Positions 17,741 to 25,676 of a DNA stretch of 59,732 nucleotides are shown in pieces. The DNA lies in contig CALSSD010000007.1 of the NCBI GenBank assembly GCA_943788915.1, positions 186,001 to 245,732 of the forward strand, given 5' to 3'. Made by a program: the position numbers and the translations under genes. Under the pieces are notes generated by a model that was not told where the DNA came from, searched no databases, and saw nothing but the letters and a program-made list of their open reading frames with translations. This DNA comes from an uncultured Acidimicrobiales bacterium (GTDB lineage Bacteria; Actinomycetota; Acidimicrobiia; Acidimicrobiales; UBA10347). How positions within the stretch are numbered: the stretch's first letter is position 1; each line of letters starts with the position of its first letter.

Positions 17741-19582
17741 ATGTCAGATACACATAGCCAGTTGGCCAGCCCGCGCGCGTGGTTGGACGCAGGTCGCAAA
17801 CAGCTTGGACCGAGGTCGCGATTCTTAGTTGCGGGTGACACCACACTGACCTACGGCGATATCGATGAACACACCACCAAATTCGCCTCTTACCTGGACC
17901 AGCTTGGCGTCGCACCGGGTGACCCAGTCATGGTGATCTCCAATGACCCGATTGCGGTTGGTCAACTCAGTCTTGCCATCATCCGGTCAGGTCGGTGTTT
18001 ATGTGTTGTCGACCCGGGTGGCACGCCTCGAGAGATCCGCGCCTCGCTTGTGGTCGTCGAACCAGCGCTCATCTTCGCTCGTGGCGACGAGATCGATCGG
18101 TGCGAACTTCGTCAAGACTGCGTCTGGACGGTGGTCGAGCTAGGCGCAAAACCAGCCAAGACCCTCGCCAATCGGCTGTTTGCCAAGCGTGACTCAACCG
18201 CCGACAAGACCAGCTGGCCCGCCGTAATCGACAACTGTTCGGCCGCCTCGGAACTGCCTGACCTCGATCCAGAACAGTGCGCACTTATTGTGTTCACGTC
18301 AGGTTCGACAAGCAGACCCAAGGGCGTCGAGTTGAGTTTGCGCGCGATCCTCACGCATTTCGAAACCCTCGATCACGTGTTCGGGTTCGCTGGTTCAGTA
18401 GTCCACAATGTGCTGCCGCTATCGCACGTGGACGGACTCATCGAGGGTCCGTTGATGACGTACTTCAACGGCGCAACGTGGGTCCGGCCCATCGATTTCT
18501 CGGTTGCAGCGATTCCCGAACTCCTCGATTCGGTCTATCGCCACCAAGTCACGCACATGCTCGTCGTGCCGACGATGTTGGCGCTCTATGACCGCCTTGC
18601 CTCAGACATGCCCGATGCCTTCGACACACCTGACTTCCAGATGATCGTGTCCAGTGCCGGCCCATTGCCCACGGCGCTTTGGACCCGTTTCGAGTCCACC
18701 TTTGACACGGTCGTATGCAACTCCTACGGCTTGTCCGAGACCGTCACGAGCAGCATCGCGAGTGGCCCAGAGTCCAGCGGAACTCGACGGGTTGGCACCA
18801 TCGGTCGACCAATCGGTTGTGCGGTTGAGCTCATCGACGAGGACGGCGCCCCGGTGCCAGAGGGACAAATCGGCGAGATCGTGATCACGGGAGACCATCT
18901 GTTCAGTCGCTATCGAAACGACGAAGTCAGCACTACCAAAGTGTTGACAGACCGAACGTTTCGTACCGGCGACCTTGCGATCCGCGATGATGACGGCTTT
19001 ATCCAGCTTCGGGGGCGCAAGAGTTCCATGATCGTGCGGGGTGGCCGCAATATTGCCCCGGCCGAGATCGACGCGGTAATCGGGCAACTCGCTGGGGTCG
19101 TGCAGTCCGCCACCACGGGCATTGATGACCCGATGTGGGGCCAGCGAGTCGAAACGATCATCATCACCGAAGATACGGTGAGTAGTGAAGATGTCGTGAC
19201 ACACTGCCGCCGCCTGTTGAGCCCCCATAAGGTTCCTCAGCGCGTTCTTCGCGTAAACGAGATGCCGCTTACCCCCAGCGGCAAAATCGACGCCGCTGGT
19301 GTCAGGGACCGGCTCAGTGGACCAAGACACGAACAGAATGACCACAGCAGCGACATCGACGATGTTGTGCTTCGTGCTGCAGCCCGGATCTTTGGTGTCT
19401 CCGAGGCTGATCTCTCACTCTCGTCGACCATCGACCAGGTCGATGGCTGGGACTCACTTGCCCATCTCGACCTCGTTGGGGCCATTGAGGACCATTTCTC
19501 GATCATCATGAGCAATGCTGACATCCTGGGCATCCGGAATCTCGGCGACGCATCCGTCATCACACGCTCACATAGGCCGTGA
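17741..19582 (+). CDS. ANL-family acyl/aminoacyl-AMP ligase fused to a C-terminal carrier protein
   Basis: VFTSGSTSRPKG, SYGLSET, FRTGDL, A10 PLTPSGKID; phosphopantetheine site GWDSLAHLDLV. Confidence 0.9.
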   Translation: MSDTHSQLASPRAWLDAGRKQLGPRSRFLVAGDTTLTYGDIDEHTTKFASYLDQLGVAPGDPVMVISNDPIAVGQLSLAIIRSGRCLCVVDPGGTPREIRASLVVVEPALIFARGDEIDRCELRQDCVWTVVELGAKPAKTLANRLFAKRDSTADKTSWPAVIDNCSAASELPDLDPEQCALIVFTSGSTSRPKGVELSLRAILTHFETLDHVFGFAGSVVHNVLPLSHVDGLIEGPLMTYFNGATWVRPIDFSVAAIPELLDSVYRHQVTHMLVVPTMLALYDRLASDMPDAFDTPDFQMIVSSAGPLPTALWTRFESTFDTVVCNSYGLSETVTSSIASGPESSGTRRVGTIGRPIGCAVELIDEDGAPVPEGQIGEIVITGDHLFSRYRNDEVSTTKVLTDRTFRTGDLAIRDDDGFIQLRGRKSSMIVRGGRNIAPAEIDAVIGQLAGVVQSATTGIDDPMWGQRVETIIITEDTVSSEDVVTHCRRLLSPHKVPQRVLRVNEMPLTPSGKIDAAGVRDRLSGPRHEQNDHSSDIDDVVLRAAARIFGVSEADLSLSSTIDQVDGWDSLAHLDLVGAIEDHFSIIMSNADILGIRNLGDASVITRSHRP

Positions 19583-20415
19583 GCCGGCGGATCTGCTCCC
19601 CAATCGTTGCCGCGTGGTTGGCGTGTTTGACGATCTTGCTCCTCGTATCTAGCGCGACGGGTCTCTTCTTGCCACCCGAATCCGACTTCGAGCGGCACGC
19701 CCTTGCAGAACTAGACATCTTCGACGCAAACGACTCGTCAGCCACGCGGCTCGTCATCCTCGGCGACTCGTTGATGCAAAACGCTACTCGCCAAACACCG
19801 ACATTCAGTGACCGGCTAACCACTGCTGGACTTGACGTGGCGATCGTCAATCTTGCAGCATCCGGTCGTCGATTCAGTTCGTACAGAAACATCCTCGACG
19901 ACGTCCTGGCCACGAGGCCCGACGTCATCGTTATACAGCCAGACTTGCTGAGAGGCGGCGGGCCCGAGCACGAATTCAGTATCCAGCGACGACTACGAAC
20001 TTTATTTCCCGGAGGCACGGACTATTCCGCACCCTACTGTCGGTCTCGCCCTAGATATCTGCCGAGCCTCATCTCCGACATTCCAAGACGTGTCGCGCCG
20101 AGCAATGACGCATTCGACGACGCCCTGGCCTTCTTTACAGAAGCTGAATCTCTCGGCGTTGAAATTTTCCTGCTTTCGGTCCCCCGCAGCACAAGTGCTG
20201 AGGTTCCGACGAGTGCACATACCGAGGCATTTCGTCAACGGGTTCAAGAAGCGTTGGGCGACAGGTCCAATCTCACCATCGGCCCGAGCCTCACCGTTGG
20301 CGACAGCGAATTCTACTGCGACTTCGCCCATCTCAACCCAGCGGGACAGCAGCTCTTCCTTGACCAGCTCATCCCCAAGTTTGGGGCCTACCTAGAGACA
20401 CTGAACACCAAATGA
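19579..20415 (+). CDS. Membrane-anchored SGNH/GDSL protein (DltD/AlgJ/PatB-like acyltransferase)
   Basis: N-terminal TM, block I ILGDSL, VNLAASG, block V DFAHLN. GTGA overlap with the upstream gene. Confidence 0.8.
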   Translation: MSRRICSPIVAAWLACLTILLLVSSATGLFLPPESDFERHALAELDIFDANDSSATRLVILGDSLMQNATRQTPTFSDRLTTAGLDVAIVNLAASGRRFSSYRNILDDVLATRPDVIVIQPDLLRGGGPEHEFSIQRRLRTLFPGGTDYSAPYCRSRPRYLPSLISDIPRRVAPSNDAFDDALAFFTEAESLGVEIFLLSVPRSTSAEVPTSAHTEAFRQRVQEALGDRSNLTIGPSLTVGDSEFYCDFAHLNPAGQQLFLDQLIPKFGAYLETLNTK

Positions 20416-20428
20416 TGGTTGCCGCCCC

Positions 20429-21550
20429 ATGACACTCAGCATTTGTGGGTTCACCCTCGTCTTCCTCCTCTATTGGACCGTTCCAAGCCGGTGGAAAGAA
20501 GTCGTACTCATTGCGGCGGGGGTAATAGGACTAAGCTGGTATTCACCATCAGCAGCCCTCGCAACAACCTCGCTGGTGATAGTCGTCTGGGTGGGCCTAC
20601 AGCGGCCAAAACGTCCACTTGATCTTGTGAGCGTCGCTCTGGTCGCCACCGCGTTTCTGACCTACAAGCTGTTTGCAAACGGCGGTCCGTTCGAACGTCC
20701 ACTCATACTCGTTGGATTTGCATACGCTGTGCCACGCGCTGTGCACGTTTTGCTCGACGCCCGATATCGAGGCACACAAAGACCCTCACTTCGAGTCTTC
20801 CTGGCCTACTTTTGGTTCTTCCCAACCCTCGCGATTGGCCCGATTCACCGACTCGACGAATTCGAGCGTGAGATTCGTCGCCGGCGCCTCGATATTCAAC
20901 AGATCGGCCTTGGACTTGAGCGAATCCTGGTCGGCCTGGCTTCGGTGAAGCTGATTGCGGACTGGCTGGTCTCAAGCCGTCTGGACATCATTCTTGGAAA
21001 TTTGGCAGTCACTCGTGACGGCGCAGCCGCATTCGGTCGTTCAATCCAGTACGGCTTGAACCTGTACTTCCAGTTTGCCGGTTGGACTGCCGTCGCGATC
21101 GGCATGGCCGCAACGCTAGGTATTCGTGTAGCCGAGAACTTCCATCGACCGTTCGCTCAGCCGAATCTCGCCGCGTTCTGGCGTAGCTGGCACATCACTT
21201 TGACCAGATGGACGAACTCCTATGTGTTCCAGCCGGTGGCGGCGCAGACCAGGCGACCTTTCCTTGCAATCACTGCAACCATGTTTTCGATTGCGCTCTG
21301 GCACGAGTTCTCGGCACGCTATGTGTGTTGGGCATGCTGGCATGCAGGCGGCTTGCTCGCCCATCGCATGTTTCGACGACTTACGAATCGCTTCGAATGG
21401 GGAGCATGGATCCCGGCACCGGCTGTCAGGTTAGTTAGTACCTCACTAACTGTCTCGTTCGTTTTTCTCGGATTCACCATTACTCGCGTCGCATCTATCG
21501 GTGATGCTTTCGACGAATTTCAGACAATTTTCACCGGAAGGTACCTCTGA
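20429..21550 (+). CDS. MBOAT family O-acyltransferase (DltB/AlgI type)
   Basis: FFPTLAIGPI, LYFQFAGW, ENFHRPF..NLAAFWRSWHITLTRW, catalytic-His motif IALWHE..WACWHA. Confidence 0.93.
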   Translation: MTLSICGFTLVFLLYWTVPSRWKEVVLIAAGVIGLSWYSPSAALATTSLVIVVWVGLQRPKRPLDLVSVALVATAFLTYKLFANGGPFERPLILVGFAYAVPRAVHVLLDARYRGTQRPSLRVFLAYFWFFPTLAIGPIHRLDEFEREIRRRRLDIQQIGLGLERILVGLASVKLIADWLVSSRLDIILGNLAVTRDGAAAFGRSIQYGLNLYFQFAGWTAVAIGMAATLGIRVAENFHRPFAQPNLAAFWRSWHITLTRWTNSYVFQPVAAQTRRPFLAITATMFSIALWHEFSARYVCWACWHAGGLLAHRMFRRLTNRFEWGAWIPAPAVRLVSTSLTVSFVFLGFTITRVASIGDAFDEFQTIFTGRYL

Positions 21551-21593
21551 TGTACCGCACGCCTCACACCACGGCCAGTAAGGAAGTAAGCCC

Positions 21594-21734
21594 ATGATCT
21601 TCGACTGGTGTCAACGACACTTTCCAGGCTCCTTGGCGTCGATCATCTGCGGGGCCGTCTACGCAAGCCTTATCGTTGCGGTCTGGGTCCGGTGGGAAGC
21701 CCCGAGCGCAGCCTTCAGGTACGCCGGGTTCTAG
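21594..21734 (+). CDS. 46-aa single-TM DltX-like acyl-shuttle micro-protein (not in ORF track)
   Basis: Manual translation MIFDWCQRHFPGSLASIICGAVYASLIVAVWVRWEAPSAAFRYAGF*. SD-like AAGGAAG at 21580-21586; C-terminal F-x-Y-x-x-F hexapeptide; lies 43 nt after the MBOAT stop. Confidence 0.85.
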   Translation: MIFDWCQRHFPGSLASIICGAVYASLIVAVWVRWEAPSAAFRYAGF

Positions 21735-21753
21735 CCCGCCTGACAAGAGTCCA

Positions 21754-23052
21754 CTAGTCGCCCTTCGAGACATCGGCGCGGGTGCCGAGCCCTATGTCGA
21801 CTGACTGGGAGTTGCCCCGTCGTTCGAACTCGATGTTGATGATGTCGCCGGGGTCAAGGCGGCGGATGATGCGGGCGACGTCCTCGGGGGTGGCGACCGC
21901 TGCGCCGTTGATGCCGACGATCACGTCGCCGTCTTCGAGACCAGCACGGTCGGCGGCTGATCCTTCGAAGACGTCGATGATGAAGACGCCGTCGCCGGTG
22001 GTGACACCGGCTTCGTCGCGTTGGGATTCGGGAACAACAGCCAACGAGCGACTCGAGGCACCAAACCATGCGGTGTCGGGTGTGAGCGACGCGTCGCCCT
22101 CGGCAAACCCTTCGAGGAAGTCCATGACCGAGTCGATCGCAATAGCAAACCCGACGTTTTGGGAGCCTTCGATGATGGCGGTGTTGATGCCGATGACCTC
22201 GCCGGCAGCATTCACGAGTGGTCCGCCGGAGTTGCCAGGGTTGATGGCGGCATCGGTTTGCAGCAGGTTGTCGAAGCTCAGTCGGCCGGCCTCGATCTGG
22301 CGGTTCTTGGCCGACAGGATGCCGAGCGTGACGGTTGGGTCGCCGCCTAAGCCCAGGGCGTTGCCAATCGCTAGAACAGGGTCACCGACCAGCAGTTGTT
22401 CGACCGTACCGAGTGTTGCCGGCAGCGTGTCTGTCACACCTTGCACCTGGATGAGTGCTACATCTTCGGCCACGATGCTGGACACGATGGTAGCGGGAGC
22501 GCGGGTGCCGTCGAAGAAGACGACTTCGACCGTGTCAGCATCTTCGATGACATGTGCGTTCGTGAGGATCAAGCCGTTCCTGTCAATGACGATCCCGGAG
22601 CCAGAGCCGCCGAAGACACCGCGGAAATTCTCGACATTGGTTTCGATTGCCACCACCGATGGGGACACGACGCCGAGCACCCCTTGAACGTCGAGAGCCT
22701 CGCCCCGCAGGCTCAGGTTCGCGCCGCCAACGACACCACTACCGCCGCCCAGACTCACGAGTGAAGGCTGGTTGTCGTCGAGCAGCAGGAATGCGCCGAT
22801 CACCGATGCGGCAACAACCAGCGCTATGGCTGAGGCCAGCGCTGCGAGCGGCCACGGATTGATCCACCATGGATCGTCGCGAGGCTCGCTGATGACCGCA
22901 GCGTTCGAGTTGGGGTTCGGGAGCGGCGCATACAGGTTGTGCGCGGGGTCATAGGTCGGCGGAGTCGCTGGCAAGGAACTCAGCGGGTTGCCGTCGCCGG
23001 TGCCGAAGTACGAAGGCGTCTCGGTGGGAGGGGTATCAGGGAAGTCGGCCAC
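21754..23052 (-). CDS. HtrA/DegP-like serine protease with TM anchor and PDZ domain
   Basis: GSGSGIV, LTNAHVI, QTDAAINPGNSGGPL, C-terminal PDZ (GSAADRAGLEDGDVI). Confidence 0.93.
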   Translation of the reverse strand: MADFPDTPPTETPSYFGTGDGNPLSSLPATPPTYDPAHNLYAPLPNPNSNAAVISEPRDDPWWINPWPLAALASAIALVVAASVIGAFLLLDDNQPSLVSLGGGSGVVGGANLSLRGEALDVQGVLGVVSPSVVAIETNVENFRGVFGGSGSGIVIDRNGLILTNAHVIEDADTVEVVFFDGTRAPATIVSSIVAEDVALIQVQGVTDTLPATLGTVEQLLVGDPVLAIGNALGLGGDPTVTLGILSAKNRQIEAGRLSFDNLLQTDAAINPGNSGGPLVNAAGEVIGINTAIIEGSQNVGFAIAIDSVMDFLEGFAEGDASLTPDTAWFGASSRSLAVVPESQRDEAGVTTGDGVFIIDVFEGSAADRAGLEDGDVIVGINGAAVATPEDVARIIRRLDPGDIINIEFERRGNSQSVDIGLGTRADVSKGD

Positions 23053-23125
23053 GCTCCCCCATCATCGCCGAAAATTGACCAGATCACCACGCGGCTGGGC
23101 AATCTGAGTCGGAAGGGACGTGGGG

Positions 23126-23806
23126 TCAGCGGGGATCCATACGCGCACGGTCGTAGGCAGCCATGGTGGCCATCGCGTGTTCGGTTGTGAGCCGGGCGAG
23201 CACCCGAGTCTTTGGGTCAAGACAGGTGGCATGCAATATCTGTGGCGGGATCGATGCAATCCCCCGATAGCGGTCAACGTCTCGACCGTGGATGCCGCGG
23301 TCATCGAGCTGCGCACAGACATCGTTGTACTGGCCGTCGGTCCATACGTGCACCGGTTCCGCGAGCCCTTTGGCAGCGATCTGCCACAGTGGCGGTCGGG
23401 CGGCAAACACCGCGCCAGCTCGCAGCAGCGGCGCCATGTACCTATGGAGGAACAGCAACAGCAGGGCCCGACTGTGGATGCCGTCGGCGTCGGGGTCGAA
23501 GGCCAGAATCACCCGCTCATAACGCCGGCGATTCAGCACGAAGCCGTCGCCAAGCCCTGCGCCGATCGCGTCTCGCACACCCATCAGCGGCGCGCTCGCT
23601 TCGATCCGGATCTGTGAGCTGGTCAGCACGTTCTGCGGTTTGCCCTGCACCGGCAGAACAGCCTGCCATTCAGGTGATCGCACGACATTGAGGGCATTCG
23701 CTGCGGAAATTCCCTCGGCGATAATGAGTTCGCTGCCAGGTGTAGGCCAGTGGAGCTGGCAGTCATCGAGCTGATCTGGCAGGACATCCCGCATCTTGTC
23801 GGCCAC
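23126..23806 (-). CDS. Stand-alone GyrB/ParE C-terminal (TOPRIM + tail) protein lacking the ATPase domain
   Basis: LPDQLDDC, IAEGISA, LPVQGK, AFDPDADGIH, ARPPLW, RYRGIASI and DPKTRVL align with GyrB LPGKLADC/EGDSA/PLRGK/DADVDG/QPPLY/YKGLGEM/DPETR. Confidence 0.85.
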   Translation of the reverse strand: MADKMRDVLPDQLDDCQLHWPTPGSELIIAEGISAANALNVVRSPEWQAVLPVQGKPQNVLTSSQIRIEASAPLMGVRDAIGAGLGDGFVLNRRRYERVILAFDPDADGIHSRALLLLFLHRYMAPLLRAGAVFAARPPLWQIAAKGLAEPVHVWTDGQYNDVCAQLDDRGIHGRDVDRYRGIASIPPQILHATCLDPKTRVLARLTTEHAMATMAAYDRARMDPR

Positions 23807-23957
23807 ACACCGAGGCTAACAAGAAACTCTTGCCATGCTGAGATCGTTGCAACGGCAACAATTCGCGCCGAAAATCGACAGAAATCGTACGTTTACGCTC
23901 GCTTTCGCAGTGGTATGGCTTACTAGTTCATGTAAGCGACGTAGATGGAGACAACTC

Positions 23958-24209
23958 GTGGACACGTCTTGGATGGCAGAAGGCAATTGCGCAGGCCAGG
24001 CTCCCGACCTTTTCTTCCCCAGCGATGGGGTTGGGGTTGAGGTAGCCAAAAAGGTCTGCATCGGCTGCCCATCGACAGAGGCATGCCTTGAGTACGCCTT
24101 GACCTACCGCATCGAACATGGTGTGTGGGGTGGCTGTTCCGAGCGCCAACGACGTCGCATTCTGAAGGCACGCCGCCTAGCTGTGCAGAGCGAAGCGGTG
24201 AATGCTTAG
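23958..24209 (+). CDS. WhiB-family Fe-S transcription factor
   Basis: C-x22-CxxC-x5-C, GVWGG turn, basic tail. GTG start preceded by GGAG. Confidence 0.92.
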   Translation: MDTSWMAEGNCAGQAPDLFFPSDGVGVEVAKKVCIGCPSTEACLEYALTYRIEHGVWGGCSERQRRRILKARRLAVQSEAVNA

Positions 24210-24236
24210 GTAGAGGTCCTCCCGCCTTCACCGACA

Positions 24237-24296
24237 GATCGGGCACGCCGTGCAGGGCGTGCCTCGATCGCGTTTTGGGAAGCCTGTCTGCTTCCC
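24237..24296 (+). terminator. Two GC-rich hairpins downstream of whiB (possible terminator/stability elements)
   Basis: GGCACGCC/GGCGTGCC stem and GGGAAGC/GCTTCCC stem. Confidence 0.4.
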
Positions 24297-24448
24297 CAAT
24301 GTTCCCCGATGTCCCGCAAAGTTGCTGGCCCCGCTTTGCCGCAGCTTCAGCCAGTCACCGATGGTTCGGCACCCGTATGCCCCGCTGTTCGGCTCTCGGT
24401 CTCCGCTGCTACTAGGAACATGTGAACTGCGCCAATTAGTGTTTGGCA

Positions 24449-25633
24449 ATGCACGAAGTAGTTATTGTCGAAGCTGGCCGTTCACCTGTGGGTAAACGAA
24501 ATGGATCACTGGCGGGAGCGCATCCGGCCGATGTCCTTGGTCCGGTGATGATGGAAGTCATCAACCGAGCTGGCATCAAGTCCTCTGACGTTGGTCAGGT
24601 CGTAGGCGGCTGCATCAACAAGGTCGGCGCTCAGGCAATGAACATCACCCGCACCGCGTGGCTGAGCCATGGTGGCGCCGAAGAAGTCGCCGCCACCACG
24701 ATCGATGCCCAGTGCGGCTCGTCTCAGCAGGCGGTCAATCAGGCCCATGCATTGATCGCCTCTGGTATCGAAGACGTCGTGATGGCGTGCGGAGTCGAGG
24801 CCATGAGCCTGCTTCCTATTGGTTCTGATGCCTTTGCCGGCAAGAAGGCCGGGCTCGGCAGCCCTATGAGCCGGACCTATTTTGGCCACTATGAGTTCAT
24901 CAGCCAGTTCGAAGGTGCCGAGCGCATCGCCGAGAAGTACGACATCACCCGCGACGACACCGACCGTTTCGGTCTGCAATCACAAGAACGGGCTGCGGTA
25001 GCCGTGGCCGAGGGCCGCTTCGAAACCCAGATCATTCCGGTCGATGCGCCGGTGCTCGACGCCGACGGCAACAAGACCGACGAGACGATCACCGTGACCC
25101 GCGACGAAATTCCTCGCGACACCAGCCTGGAGAAGCTCGCCCAACTCAAACCAGTCGCCCGCGAAGACGGCGTGCACACTGCTGGGTCCTCGTCGCAGAT
25201 CGCCGATGGCGCCAGCGCGGTGCTGATGATGAGCGCCGAGAAGGCCAAGGAGCTCGGCGTGAAGCCACTGGCTCGCATCGTGCAGAGCGCGCTGGTTGGT
25301 TGTGACCCAGTCCTCATGCTCGAGGGCCCCATCCCCGCAACTCGCAAGGTGCTCGAAGCCGAAGGCCTCACCGTCGACGACATCGATGTGTTCGAGATCA
25401 ACGAAGCCTTCGCCTCGGTCGTGCTTGCCTGGAGCAAGGAACTGGGCCCCGACATGGACAAGGTCAACCCCAATGGCGGCGCCATCTCACTTGGGCACCC
25501 ACTGGGCGGCACTGGCTGCTTCTTGACCACCAAGGCAGTGCACGAGCTGCAGCGCACCGGCGGCCGTTACGGCGTCATCACCATGTGTTGTGGTGGCGGC
25601 CTGGGCACCGGAACACTCATCGAACGCCTCTGA
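24449..25633 (+). CDS. Acetyl-CoA C-acyltransferase (thiolase)
   Basis: IDAQCGSS catalytic Cys, EINEAFA, NPNGGAISLGHPLG, MCCGGGLG. Confidence 0.95.
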   Translation: MHEVVIVEAGRSPVGKRNGSLAGAHPADVLGPVMMEVINRAGIKSSDVGQVVGGCINKVGAQAMNITRTAWLSHGGAEEVAATTIDAQCGSSQQAVNQAHALIASGIEDVVMACGVEAMSLLPIGSDAFAGKKAGLGSPMSRTYFGHYEFISQFEGAERIAEKYDITRDDTDRFGLQSQERAAVAVAEGRFETQIIPVDAPVLDADGNKTDETITVTRDEIPRDTSLEKLAQLKPVAREDGVHTAGSSSQIADGASAVLMMSAEKAKELGVKPLARIVQSALVGCDPVLMLEGPIPATRKVLEAEGLTVDDIDVFEINEAFASVVLAWSKELGPDMDKVNPNGGAISLGHPLGGTGCFLTTKAVHELQRTGGRYGVITMCCGGGLGTGTLIERL

Positions 25634-25676
25634 ATTGTTATGTCCCCCTGGGGAGGTAACAATTCAGATGACACTT

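Noticed and set aside
21530..21600. MBOAT and the micro-protein as one gene split by a sequencing indel
   Set aside because: The micro-protein frame has a TAA at 21579, so two separate missing bases would be needed, whereas the errors seen elsewhere are extra bases. The micro-ORF also has its own SD. Not fully excluded without reads.
14969..21734. Calling the operon dltABCDX or algIJ, or an NRPS cluster
   Set aside because: The ligases look acyl-CoA-synthetase-like rather than DltA-like, the carrier is fused, and a methyltransferase is present. There are no condensation or thioesterase domains. Gene symbols were withheld.
23835..23957. N-terminal extensions given by the ORF track (whiB 23835; also tatA 27662, MFS 2204, 42830, 45596, 50909, 58479)
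   Set aside because: Family similarity, SD sequences or leaderless -10 boxes indicate downstream start codons.
24410..24430. TAGGAACATGTGAAC upstream of the thiolase as a KstR operator
   Set aside because: Does not fit the TnnAACnnGTTnnA palindrome; the right half is mismatched.
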